64,000 nucleotides of DNA from Lobosporangium transversale (taxonomy: Eukaryota). A program made the translations under genes and the position numbers. The notes under the pieces are model-generated. The model was not told the DNA's origin. It did no database searches and saw only the letters and a program-made list of their open reading frames with translations. The stretch spans positions 124,001-188,000 of the forward strand of contig NW_019029000.1 of assembly GCF_002105155.1 (NCBI RefSeq), in the 5' to 3' direction. Positions 24,104-37,098 of the stretch are shown here, in pieces. The stretch's first letter is position 1, and each line of letters opens with the position of its first letter.

Positions 24104-27100
24104 TACTACAGCTTGAGGATGCTTTGTTCAATCTTAGTGCTTCTGCACATCAACGGGCGCTTCGGACTGCCTCGGAACATAGCTCCCATAAAGGAAACAG
24201 CAACCAAAAGACAGACCTTCATGATCAAACTAACTTTTCAATGACTCAGGAAGTTATTCGTGGCGACGGAAATGATAAATCAACAACCACCACCATCACG
24301 CGTAAATCCATTGAGCATCCCCAACGTGGTCTTACAGCTCATCCTGCTTGGCGTTCTCGTGAGCGTTGTCGCGCCAAGAAGCGACCCGCATCTCCGATCA
24401 CACCTATCAATTCGATTGATGTATCGACACCTTCATCCACACATGCTGGTATTCCTTCTGTATCCCGCAAGATAGGTGATCGGGCCGATACTTCGTTTAT
24501 TGGCCGATCTTCTCCCCCACATAAAAAGTCTAAGCGTCCATGGACTCATGCTTCGCCTCATGCACAAGGAGCAGATACGTCCGAGTCATTGTCTAGCTCT
24601 TCTAGTAAAAAGATGGCTACATCGTCATCAGCTCCATCGTTCGCCGAGTTTGCTACACCGGCTCTTCCAAGTCGCTCAACCATCACGGACCGCACCAGGG
24701 AACATCATGCACATACATCTCGCTTGACAGGAATTGTGGATCCATCTAGTCTACCTTCACCTTCACTTTCACCTACAGCAGCCACTCAAGGTGCCTTAGC
24801 AGGATCAGGTTCGACAATGTCTGCGGATGGCATGATCACACGAAGACGATTTAAAACTGCTCCAACTTCGTACCATCATGGACAAGAGAGCTCTGAACAA
24901 AGCGCGGTTACAACTGATGGTTTGGTGGATGAGGAAGAAATTTACATGAGTGATGGTGATGATGAAGAAGATGGGCAGGAAGAGATGGACGTAGAACGAT
25001 CACTTCAACATGCAGGCATACATCATACGCCTACACTTCTTGATCTGCCTAACTTGGTTGCAACATTTGATGCTTTGCCTTCAGGCCTTCAGTCGTACAT
25101 GCTTTTCCATCTTCTTCGACGATGCCCCGCCCCTACATTGCAGTTTGTAAGTTCTGTCATTCTTGCCACTATGAAGCAAGATTTTTTGGCTCTCTTGCCC
25201 GTAGAATTGAGTCGAAATATTCTCCGCTTCTTGGATGGGCGCAGTCTCTGCAAAGCAGCTCAGGTTAGCAAGCAATGGAGAGCAGTTGTTGACTCGGATG
25301 CTCATATTTGGATGCATCAATTCCAAAAAGAAGGCTTTGTGCTTGATGAGCACGAGGAAGAGGAGGCCTTTGCTCAAAGATTGGGGATCGATGGACATTA
25401 CGGAGTACGTCCAAGCTATCACGAGAGGAAACAGATGGCCAAGAGAAGAGCTGCTAAGGGTAAGGGACGTCCCAGTACAGCTGTGGTGCGCCAGACCGAT
25501 CTACCAGAATCTCCTCTGTACCCAAATGATGTAACAATGCTCGAAGAGGATGAAGTGGGAACTCCAATGGATGTGGTACCAGGACATCATGGATCGGGAC
25601 ACAAAGGTCATGGATGGGATAGTGATACAGCTGAAGAGGATGGTGATGGTAAAGAGGAGGAGACGTTCATGACCCCGGATGCTGTACCGCCTTCGCCCAC
25701 CACTAGCCATACTGGCCGATTTAACGATGTTGATTCCGAAGACGAAATAATGGAACAGGATCCAGTTGATGGTCCTTTCGGCCCTATGCCTCCATCGACT
25801 GCACATCCATATAAGGCCCTCTTTCGTCGCCACTGGATTATTCGCCAAAACTGGGCCAAAGGCAGAGCCAAGTACATTCAGTTCACAGGACACAGTGATC
25901 GTGTGGTCACATGTTTGCAATTTGACTCTGAAAAGATTATTTCAGGTTACGATGATCAATCTATTCATGTCTATGACACGGTTACTGGTAATCGTCTCAA
26001 GAAGCTTGATGGTCACGAAGGAGGTGTGTGGGCACTTCAGTACCGTGGCAACACATTGGTCTCTGGAGCGACCGACAGGACCGTCAGAGTTTGGGACATT
26101 GAGAAGGGAATTTGCACGCACACATTCCGTGGCCATACTTCGACAGTGCGTTGCCTACAAATTGTCATGCCGGTTAATGTCAACAAGGATCCTCATGCTG
26201 TTCCAAAGTATGAGCCAGAATTTCCCGTGATTGTGACTGGATCCAGAGATTCGACCTTGCTCGTATGGCGCCTTCCAGACCCAGAGTTAAATGGCCACAT
26301 TTCTCCAACGGATGGTTCATGGCTCTTGCATACTTTAGTCGGCCATACACAATCTGTCCGCGCTTTGGCCGCAGAAGGAAGCACATTAGTCTCGGGATCG
26401 TATGATTGTTCTGTCCGCGTTTGGAATATTTGTACTGGAGCCTTGGTGCATAGACTCCTAGGCCATACCCAAAAAGTATATTCTGTGGTCTTGGACACGG
26501 AACGCAATCAATGCATGAGCGGAAGTATGGACGCATTTGTTCGAATCTGGTCGCTCGAGGATGGCTCTTGTCTCCATGTTCTTGAAGGTATTTTTTTTTA
26601 TAGTAAAGCAATTATGCTTTAAATCCCTATGCCTACTTTTCTGTTATATTTGACAATTGTCCGACTGATAATTATTCATTCTGTATACTCTGCTCTCAAC
26701 CATTAGGCCACGGATCGCTCGTTGGTTTATTGGGACTGAACGCTAATCATCTTGTGTCAGCAGCCGCAGATTGCACTGTGCGGATCTGGGATCCTGCTCG
26801 TGGCGTTTGTCTGCGTGTCCTGGCCGCACATGCTGCAGCAATCACCTGTTTCCAGCATGATGGCAATAAAGTGATTTCTGGCTCGGATGGCAACCTTAAA
26901 ATGTGGGACTTTAAGACTGGAAAATTCATTCGTAATCTTTTGACAGGGCTTGGAAGTGTCTGGCAAGTCAAGTTTGATGAGCGGCGATGTGTTGCTGCGG
27001 TACAAAGGGCTGGAACAGGTGGAGCTAATAACGGCGCTACCTACTTTGAAGTAAGTTTATTGTCATTAGTCTCTTGTTCGATATGATATCTGGAAGATTT

Positions 27101-27407
27101 ACCTATTGTTAAAATTATTATTACTCTGATAACTAATTGGACAATTAATTGGACATGCGTCTATATTCTCTCTCGATATGAATAGGTCTTGGATTATGGA
27201 GTCTATGGTATTGAGGAACCACTCGAGAACGCTCCTCCATTGCTGGTTGATGAGAGTGCTGAAGCTGGGGCCCCTCGAACTGGAGCTGCTCCTGCTGGTG
27301 GAGCCGGGGCTGCAGGCACTGGTGCGGAAGGCGCGGGAGCTGGAGCTGGAGCTGGAGCGAACCCCAATGCCAACCCTGCAACAGTCGTAACAGGTCCAGC
27401 TACTTGA
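23421..27407 (+). CDS. CDC4: SCF F-box/WD40 substrate receptor Cdc4/FBXW7, about 4 exons
   Basis: F-box DFLALLPVELSRNILRFLD..AAQVSKQW; WD40 repeats VVTCLQFD, GHEGGVWALQY, GHTSTVRCLQI and VWQVKFDERRCVAAVQR. Confidence 0.95.
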
Positions 27408-27580
27408 TAAACATGTCGATAATGTTCTTTTTTTCGCGTTTAGCTATTCTAGTTTCTTTTATTGTTTCAGAGTAATTCTCTCTCTCTTTATTCCCTTGTA
27501 TTATTGAACAACAACTGTTTATTTCTTTTGTATTTTTATATACACGTTGTTGCATTTTTTAATGTTTTAATGTTTAATGT

Positions 27581-28126
27581 TTAGCATTTCATGTTTGATT
27601 TTTTGTCCATTGGTGTATTGTTACTAGTCTTGGTGGTTATGGTAGGTGAGCTTGGGCTTATGAGGGCAGTGTAGAGAGCGACTGCACTCCAAATGGCAAC
27701 AAGAATTAAATCTGTTACAATGACGACCCAGACATGTATGTCTGTGTAAAACGGACATGGTGTGTAATGAAACTCAATGTCTTGATGGTTCTCACTCCCG
27801 TCCATTGTCGACGACAGTATCTTGGCCTCGAATAGACCAGAATAACCTCCATACTCTGCCATCAGAGATCGTTGTGTTATCTCTCTTACACGAACTTGCT
27901 CTGACTTTGATTTTGGAAGGCTAGATGTGGTGAATGCTTTCCATTCAAAATCACCGTGTTGCTGTTCACGTTGTTCTTGTTCTAGTTGCATCTTCTGACG
28001 AACATGTGTGACATCGCATCCAAAGTGATCATGACCATTCAAGACAAAATCGGGTTTAATGTTATTCAGAATCCAATTAGTCGTATTGGGCGTCAACATT
28101 GTTTGTTCGATAATTGTGTTATCCCT

Positions 28127-28162
<36 letters not shown>

Positions 28163-29173
28163 AAAAAAAAAGGAGTCTGGGTTTGAGTTTGAGCTTAAAG
28201 TATAAAGGTTTAGCATAGCAATTTGAGGTTCGTTGACTTTACAAATGAACTTGGATATCAGGTGCATCCACACAGATGCCTTGTTCCTTATGGAAGGGAA
28301 TATGAGTTAGAAGAACAATCTTGTCATTGGGATTCATGGTTTTGATCTTTGCAGCATCTTGCATGAACTGCCATGTTTGTGTCCGAAGATCCTAAAATAA
28401 ACAAAGGAGTGTTATTAAATATAAACTTTTCAAAAGGAGCCCACAAAATCTTTTTTCTTACCTCATCTGAAGAAGGCCCGTCCAAGAGCATTGTGTTGAC
28501 TACCAGCAGATGCAATTTACGTTGCTCTTGTTGGTTTAGTTGTTCTGTTGCCGAGGAAGAAAAAAATGAAGACGAAGGGATGACCACTGTAGAAATGAAA
28601 TTGGACATTCCAAATGCTTTCTCCCATCGAATCAGTCGTGATTGCGAAATGTCGTTTCCGTATCCAATATCATGGTTCCCAGTAATGTTGATCAATACTG
28701 GGATATCTTCTTTCAGGTCTTGTATCTGATCCTGATCCTGATCCTGATCCTGGCCATAACTTTGGCCTTGGCTTCTTTCCTCTTTCCTCCACAATGATGG
28801 TGATGATGATGATGAAAATGAAGGAGACAGTCCAAATAACGATGATAAGAATGATGATGATGATGACGTGAAGAGAGCGGTTGGGTCCATAAAGATCGAC
28901 TGATAACGTCCTAATCGAACATTGAACTCGGCATCATCGATCCATTGACTTGAAAATAAATCTCCTAAAACAACAGCATGCGTTGGTCGAGTTCCTTTCT
29001 TATGACGATTTCGTGAATTAGAAAAGAAGTTTATTGGAAGTATATCAAGTGGTGATGTCCAGCTGGGCGCCATCATGGATTTGTAGACATGGTGCATATA
29101 TGCATCGTTGAAAGCCAGATCTACTATTGCTGTTCAAAGGTAAAAAAAAAATTGTTGTCAAAGGTCAGTTGCA

Positions 29174-29204
<31 letters not shown>

Positions 29205-29521
29205 GAATCCGTTTGTTGTCGCACAAGTTTTTTTTTTCTACCTCGCTTTCCAAGACGTTTAATCTTGGCATCACCTTCCATCTGCGGATCTGCAAAGACA
29301 ACCATGCGAAGAAAGGATGAGTTTTCATGCTGTGCATTCCCATCCCTAGTTGGTGCCGTTGATGCTGCCGGTCCTGCTGTCGTAGTCAATGTGTCTTGGA
29401 TGGAGTAGGATGCCCATCGCCAGTGACAAGAGATGCGAGCATAGTATTGGAACATCAGCGTTACCACCACAGCCGCTCCAGTCACCGCCCATAGAATAAG
29501 TAATATCGGTCGAGGGATCAT
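27581..29521 (-). CDS. TED1: Ted1/Cdc1-like membrane metallophosphoesterase (GPI remodelling), multi-exon
   Basis: N-terminal TM segment, FADPQMEGD, DLAFNDAY, VLGDLFSSQWIDDAEF, GNHDIGYG, LLTHIPFHK, NGHDHFGC, REITQRSLMAEYGGY, C-terminal TM segment. Confidence 0.85.
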
Positions 29522-29845
29522 GTAGTTCTAATGTATTATATATGTGACACGCAGGCAAAAAGAATGGAGGGAGAGGAGAGGAGAGGAGAGGGAGAGGAGA
29601 GGGAGAGAAGAGAGGTTGAAAGAGACGACGCTATCTGTTGAACAGGCTACGTGCGTCTTTTTATGGATTGGTGTGGAGGGAGAGAGGAAATTAGAGTAAA
29701 ACGAGTTTCAGGTACAACAGTCGAGTGGGGGGGTTTTTTTTTTTATTCAACTGTTACAACCTTAAATAAATAAATATTTTACAATGTATCTCCATATAAT
29801 TCTGCGTGCGTGCCTATCTTGACAATCCACCTGATGCAGGCTTAG

Positions 29846-31566
29846 CTAACGGTTGCCTGGTGGTAGCGTAGTAGGGGTTATAGAGTGGGTGTCAGTAGAT
29901 CCAGACTTGTTGGCTAAACGACGTAAATTGTCCGATGCCCTTAAAAGTAGTGAATCCTGTTTACTGCTGACAGTTTTATTTCGAGACATATAGCGAAAAG
30001 GAGAGGAAGATGATAAAATGGAGGAGGGATAGAAAGACGAAGGTGTGAGGGATGCTGATGATGACGACGAATTAGAAGACCCCTCAATTGATCGACCTGT
30101 CGCAGGGAATTCATCCTGACTTTGCTGTGAGTCGAGTGTTCCTCCAGCTCCAACTTCAGTTCCAGCATGGATCGGCAGATGTGTCAATGAATTAGACGCG
30201 AGAGCCATACTCGGACGTGCTTTCGGAATTGTCGGGGCCGATGTCCGTATATGTTGAGGTACTATGATGGTGGAAGTAGAGGAAAGTGAGGACATAGATG
30301 AAGAGCCATCCATAGATGCCACTGCTGTTGTTGCTACTGGTTTTCGCGTTTTGGGCGTAGGATTGTGGCTGTGTTGCCCTAAAAGCGCTAGTCCAGAGGG
30401 TGTGGATATTGATCCTGATGATCCATCAATAGTAGATCCTCCAGTCAATTTTGTTGTTGATGAAGAGGGTGAGATCCATCCTTGTCCCTTTCCGTCCCCT
30501 GTCCTATGACTTGGTGTCTGATTGAGAAATCTATACAGATTTGGATACTTTTGTGGGGAGGGCTTGTTTGCAGGGCCTGACGCCTCTGCAGGCAAGTAAT
30601 CAGAAATTACAACAATCTTGCTGAGTATTCCATGTAATAATGTCGTAGTTGTCTCTGCCTGCTTTTCAATCGCATGGACTTTAATGCATTGAGGAAATGG
30701 AGAAAAATCAGCCTTTTTTTTTTTTTTTTTTTTTTTTTTCAAACTTATGAAACTGTGAAACATAAATCATGAACGAATAGCTGGCAAAAAGCTTTCTTTT
30801 TACCAGACAAGAGCTGATCTGCGTGACTCTTGGCCTGATGATGAATGGATGCCAATCCCTGAACTGCGCTAGTTGTAAAATGGTCCAGAGCCTTCATTTT
30901 TTGAGCCAAACCTCGCTGATAATCCTGAATATCCTGAGCACACTTTTTGTGATGAGAGCTCATCTGTATCAGCATATCTACCAACGTGTTGTGGTTGAAA
31001 GCCATTTCTGCCGATTCTAGGTAAAGAAGTAGAAAAATGTAAACAATTTGTAATACCAAAAGACACATGGCTTATACTGAATAAAATGCTTGCCAGAATA
31101 AGTTTACCATTCTTTGAAGAGTCTGTGTATATGGAGAACGAGCCAAAGACATTGGCAAGTGAGAAATGGCTTGGCTGCTCTGGAACAACTAATGGTTCGA
31201 ACTGGATACAACCAAGAAACAAGTAGTAAGTTGTCAGCAAAGGCATAGTTTAAAGGGCTAAGAACATCTCTCATGCTTCGTAGGTTTGGAAGAGACGCAC
31301 GCACCCTCGGGAGCTCCCTAAGCGCCGCTAATGCTTCATCTTCCCGATCCAGCGACTGATCCACGACTGTGATAATACCCTATCATTTAATACACATATT
31401 TGAATACATTTTTGACATGTCATTGAGCATTTGGAGTGAGAGGGCAGTAAAAAAACTGGAGCCAAGCAGTATATGAGTCTGACAAAAGTTTTTTCTATCG
31501 ACTGACTTTCACCTTGCTTTGCTCCATTGAAGACGCTGGGTGGCGAAATGGCAGAGAAAATGACAT
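29846..31566 (-). CDS. BORCS5/LOH12CR1 (BORC subunit 5)-like protein with Ser-rich tail, about 5 exons
   Basis: Spliced reading MEQSK|GIITVVDQSLDREDEALAALRELPR|FEPLV...HHKKCAQDIQDYQRGLAQKMKALD...HADQLLS|VHAIEKQAE...ISDYLP. Confidence 0.7.
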
Positions 31567-31765
31567 GCGGTTCATCTTAGTGTGGAGACTATATGCTAAT
31601 GGTTGGGTTTATCCTGGTTTAAGGGGCCTCCCCAATATGGCAAAGCAATTACGGCTCATCCAATGACTTAACTTGATGCTCATTCCACAAGGATTCAAGT
31701 AAAGGACGAAGGTTGACAGACAGGAGTTGATCACACAGAGAAGAATAAAAAATAAATAAATAATA

Positions 31766-32698
31766 ATGTCAAAGCAACTTTGTTCACCACCACCACCAGA
31801 GGAGGCCACTGATATTGCACCACCACCACCTGCCCCTCCTCCATTTCCTCCACCACCACCAGAGATTTCTGATATATTGCCTCCGTCTCCTCCACCACCT
31901 CCTCCTTCAGGCCCAGACGGCTTGAAGGAGGTGGAGCCCAATGTGGAAACTGAGGTGCTTTCAAATATCAAGACTTCAGAAGCGTTAGTGGATCCGCCAC
32001 GAAGGAAGCGGAGATTTTCTCCTCCTGATCAGGACTCCTGTTCCATTAACTCAACAGACCATAATAACCCTTTGAAAGACAAGGAAGCTCACAGTGGCGG
32101 CTATCACAAGGCAGATATGCCTTCTTTATCTTCCAAACCTAAATCAGAACGGTCTATGGGGCCTGGATCAATCCAAAAAACAATACCAATACCACCCCTT
32201 TCAGCAAACCGATGGGAAAAGACGGCTTTCGTTGGAGACAAAAGTGGAGAAAAGCGGATTAAGTTTTTACGCCTGAGTAAAGCTGCGTCTACAATAATAC
32301 TCAAAAAAAAAAAAAAAAAAAAAAATGCATACGACATTGCATAATCTATAATGAATGTTTTTGGTATTTATCGCTTTTTCTTTTCGCCTTTTATCCCTTT
32401 TATCCATCCAAACTTCCCTCGCATTACATGCGCCCAGTGGGGCTAGGAAAGACCACAGCGATCGAAGCTAAACCAGAGTGTCCGGAAGAAGCTGTATGTG
32501 ACAATATTGTTCATAATGACGCGTATCTTTATAACTTCAAGCTTTTTTTTTTTATTAACGATCTGTTCTTCATTTTTTTTTTTTTTTTGGACTCCATATA
32601 TTATAAAGTCAAGGGACGCGGCTGAACGACAGCAACAGATGGCAAACATGGAAAGACAATATGAGCAAGGACGTAGACGCCAGCACCGGTTTACCTAA
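31766..32698 (+). CDS. Pro-rich protein with C-terminal small-acidic-protein (SMAP)-like domain, 3 exons
   Basis: NRWEKTAFVGD..KRIKFLRL|MG (Met codon split by an intron) ...MERQYEQGRRR; KFLRLMG and ERQY are SMAP-domain motifs. Confidence 0.75.
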
Positions 32699-34226
32699 GG
32701 CAATCCTATCAATGTACTTGATCGGATAGTCTTTTTTTTTTTTTTAGCGTCTAACCGTGTGACCAGTGATAACAATCAAATAAAAATGAGTTCGAAAATC
32801 CACTGAATATTTTAGTCAGGGTGATCAGTGCGCGCGTCACTCACCTCAAACATCTATAGTACATGTTTATCACCTAAACCTCTGAATCACAAGATGGTAT
32901 ACATCCATTCTCTATAGTAATGTAAATCAAGGCAGGGCCTGATCGCTTAAGCTTCTGGTACTATGATAATTAAGCGTGCCTGCGTAAATAAGGGGGCAAT
33001 GATAGGGTAAGAAGATTTGGAAAGAATAAAATAAGTTAAAGTTGACAAAGAAAGCAAAAGAACAGAGAGTAGACATATAGCCCTAAAATTGACCAGTGCT
33101 ATGAAGATCCGACAAGAAGAGGCGGAGCATTATGAATCAACTCAAGGAAGGAGCCTTCAGGAACCTAGATCTTAGAAGCAGAAACGAAACTAAGCAATAA
33201 AAGGACTAGGTCAGCTTGAACGTGGAAGTATGCTCTGTGAAGAGATTGATGTTTGTTAGTAAAAATCTTCTGATTCTTATACTCGCTGCCTGGATTAGTA
33301 GTTATATGTGACAGTCGTTGGTAAGGCCCTAGGTGTTTCAGGAGGATTCACCAATAAAAGATGAATGACTTTAGCATGAAAGAGATCTCTTAGCTGTGGA
33401 TACTTTTATACTATTAATATAAAATTACGAAAGATAGTTATCCTAAGTAGCAATATGGTAATCAGCCACAATTCTGAGAATATTCTTTTCATTCAGTATT
33501 GTAAAAAAAAAACATATATCCCAAGCGTTTTCCGCACATGTGCCTGGAAACCCGACAACAATACAAAAAGATCACAAAGAAAACAGATGTAGTACGTAAA
33601 ATAGTCCTTTTTATCGCTCAGAACAACCGCTGAAATGCTCACCCTTTCGACTGGCCTTGATCCATGCAGACTTGCAATATCTGGCCCTATAGTATGACCC
33701 ATAATATAGCTAACAATGGTACGTCTTGTTGTCATCTCCCGGTGGATTAAAACAAACAAGAGTCCTTCAAAATGATAAGGGCTATACTACGAGACTAGTC
33801 CTGTAGCTTCGCTATCCTATTCCGAAGAGAAGTTGAAGGCCTCCCGACTGGTCTATCCATCAGGTTTTACTTATTATGACTAATAAGCGACATTGAAATG
33901 ACTCAAAGAAGAGGTAGAGGTATCTTCTACTTCACTCACATTAAGCTACTAGAATGGAAACTTGGAATGCGATTACGTGAAACCAATGAGATGGACGTTA
34001 TTTGAAAGGCCAATCACATGTTGGAATACGTGAGTTGGAATTAACATTAAAACTAAATCACCCAAAATATCAGGGTCAACCTACATGAGCGGAAAAATAA
34101 AAAAAAATTACGTCCGTGCTGACAATTGTTGACATGAGGCTGCCGTCATTTTTAAAAAAAAAAACTTCTATTTCCAATTTTTCAACTTCTTTCATCCTTT
34201 CCACCTTCACGTATCGCATAAAAAAA

Positions 34227-35784
34227 ATGACACAACGACCAAAGGCTACACGCCAGGAAACCTCCGAACTGGAAACACCACCAACCACTTTGAGCAAGAG
34301 ACAATTTCAACAGGTATGAAAAGCAAAAAAGTACATTTTTCTGATCTACTGCTGTTCAGTTCAGATCAATGCTCATAGCTTATTCCACTGTTTCAAGTAC
34401 CTGTCTGACCGTCTCTTGATCGCAAATCAACCTTTAGGTCAAAAATCTTACGAGGGACGATGGGCACTTCAACCTTGTTAGGTAGGATCAATAATTGTTG
34501 CCAAAAAAAAAAAAAAAAAAAAAAAAAACATTTGATCAAACTGAGCTATGTTATGCGCTGTGTTGTTTCTATTAAACTGAATGCTAAAAAAAAAAAAAAA
34601 AAAAAAAAATCCTTTTTTTTTTTTTCATTCAATGAATGAACAGGAATTTCCATCTTGCAGATGTGATCACTCTCTGTAATGGAGCATGTGGTGTGTTCTC
34701 CATTTTTTCGAATTTGCGTTATCTTATTACCAAAGATTCATATTATCTTTGGTTCTCAATGTGGAGTATTGCAGCAGGCTTCACATTTGATATATTTGAT
34801 GGTCGTGTTGCTCGTTGGCGAGAGACTCACTCCATTCTTGGCCAGGAAATGGACTCACTTGCAGATGTGGTACGTCATTTCTTTTGTTTGTTCAAAAAAA
34901 AAAAAAAAAAAAAAAAAAATACTTTTAGTGAATTAGGATAGAGGATAACCATAGGGTATCAATGAGAGAACAATTTCCATTTTCATAAACTCGTGTTCAT
35001 CATTCTCTCGTGGAACTGTATCATTAAAAGGACTGGACAGCTCAATGCATCATAATGCGGAATCAAGGAACAAGGAAGAAAACGATCGCTTCACCGCCAG
35101 GAAACAGAGCCAATAAGTCTATTGCGATACTATTGTCATAACAAGACATGTTTTGTGGAATCAGGAGCAGGGACAAAAGAATTTTAGGCATTTTTTGACG
35201 TCATGCTCGCATAAACACCCTGATGCCCAGCTGGATTTTAATTTCAACAAACATTAACTCACATAGAACCGAATATTTACTAATTCTATCACCTTTTTTT
35301 TATACTTCTTTCTGAAAGATTTCTTTTGGCGTGGCACCAGCTGTTTTAGCGTTTGTTTTGGGCATGCAGAGCATTCTGGACAATGTGGTTTTGGCTTGTT
35401 TCGTTTGCTGTGGAATTGCGCGCCTAGCGCGCTATAACGCTACGATTGCTATTCTCCCCCATGACCAAAGTGGGAAAGTTTCCTACTTTGAAGGGACGCC
35501 TATCCCAACATCTCTTGCTCTCGTTGCAATCCTTGCATATCTTACGTATACTGGGCAGATAGGAGAACGCTTGCCAGGAGGTCTTGTTGAGATCATACCC
35601 GGATTTTCCTTTCATGCTATCGTGATCTTGTATGGTATCAGTGGCTCATTGATGGTCAGGTAAAGAATAATAACAGTGTAAATCTTAAAAAAAGAAGGCT
35701 TCACGTCTTTTTTTTGGCGTTAAATTCTGATGTTTTCTTCTTTTCTGTCCAAATAGCAAATCACTCAAGATTCCCAAAATGTGA
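34227..35784 (+). CDS. CHO1: CDP-diacylglycerol:serine O-phosphatidyltransferase, 5 exons
   Basis: DDGHFNLVRNFHLADVITLCNG, FDIFDGRVARWR..LGQEMDSLAD, RLARYN, YFEGTPIPTS and SKSLKIPKM*. Confidence 0.96.
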
Positions 35785-35924
35785 AAATACAATGGAGTCC
35801 CAATTATTAAAATAAATTAATATAATTTAAAAAAGCATTTCTTCGCGTCTTTTCTTGGCCTTTTCATTACCACTGCGAAGTGTCTCGGTTATCGTGATCA
35901 TAAATATCGTTCATGTTGACGTTT

Positions 35925-36416
35925 CAATGTTCCCTCACTAAGCCGTCGAAAATCGACGGCTTGTTGAAACCGAGCCTCTAGGTTGTGGCGATCTTCGAGG
36001 TGGAGTGGAGGGTGTGCCTGAAATCGTTTGGTCGATATTTCCTTTGCTATACCAACCGCCTAGGCCATTGTATGAGGGTAGGCTATTGATATCAAAAGGA
36101 AGTTGTCCATTTCTAGCAAATTCTAATATTTTTAATTAAAAACGACGATTGAATTGATTTGGTGACCACGGCATCCATTCATTCTATTCGAAAGTGTATG
36201 GGTTTCTGTCTTCGTACGTAATATTTTGTTTTTCAGATTCTAATTCAAATTAAGTATTTTAAAATATATCCAGTTTATGACTTTTTGGCGAGGACTAAAT
36301 GTCTGGTACGGGCCGAGGTTTAAAAAATGTTGATTTAAATATATTTTTTGAATTGAAATAAATAGAGACTTGATTTCAACGTCGTCGATTTTCGACGGCT
36401 TAGTGAGGGAACACTG
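35925..36416. mobile_element. Non-autonomous MITE (~490 bp) with CAGTG-type termini, probably Tc1/mariner-derived
   Basis: TIR CA(A/G)TGTTCCCTCACTAAGCCGTCGAAAATCGACG matches 33/34 and extends imperfectly to ~55 bp. Right flank TA, left flank TT. No coding capacity. Confidence 0.88.
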
Positions 36417-37098
36417 TAAATGAAAAGATCATAGTTTCATATGTTCGAGCAATACCATTCTTCTGCTCAACAAATCCACAACATTGTGTTTTCTGCATGG
36501 CTGCTGGGTATGTTAATAACTTACAAATCACTGGCCGTTAAGCTTGTCGCTCTTTGGTTAGACCTTTTCAAATATAAGTGGTTTACCTAACAAAATTCTT
36601 ATAATTGAAAAGGACTAACCAAAAAGAATGCATTGCATAAAACTAAAACTTAACTGTGATGTCTGACGCGCCAGGAAGACATCTTGGTATATAGTGTTCA
36701 TCGAGACATGGGTTCGTCTCGTCATGTCGTCTGGCGGTCATTGAGATGCATTTTGCATGTCCTTAGTGCGCCAGCTATTTTGCACTCGTTTGCTTGTGAG
36801 TGCCATTTAGTGTGGCGGCCGATCAGTAAGAGATTTGTTTGAACCTGTTTCATCGTGCAAGCAGCGGTGTTTACAGTCCTGCTTTAGGCGGGTGCGCGAC
36901 ATATCCTTATACCTGTCTTCTCTTAGCTTCTACTTATAGCACCTAATGAGCAATGGGTTTGCTTCCTCATGTTCCCGGGGGTCCCTGAGTGTTTTTCTTT
37001 CGATATTTCAGCTATTCGAAATGTCTTTAGAGCTTTCGTTAATACCGATAAAAGGTTTATTAATTGAAAGCATTATACTTATCGTATATAGCCTAAAC

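Noticed and set aside
36660..36900. GC-richer stretch with several 6-bp stems, possible ncRNA
   Set aside because: Stems are short enough to arise by chance; no recognisable RNA family.
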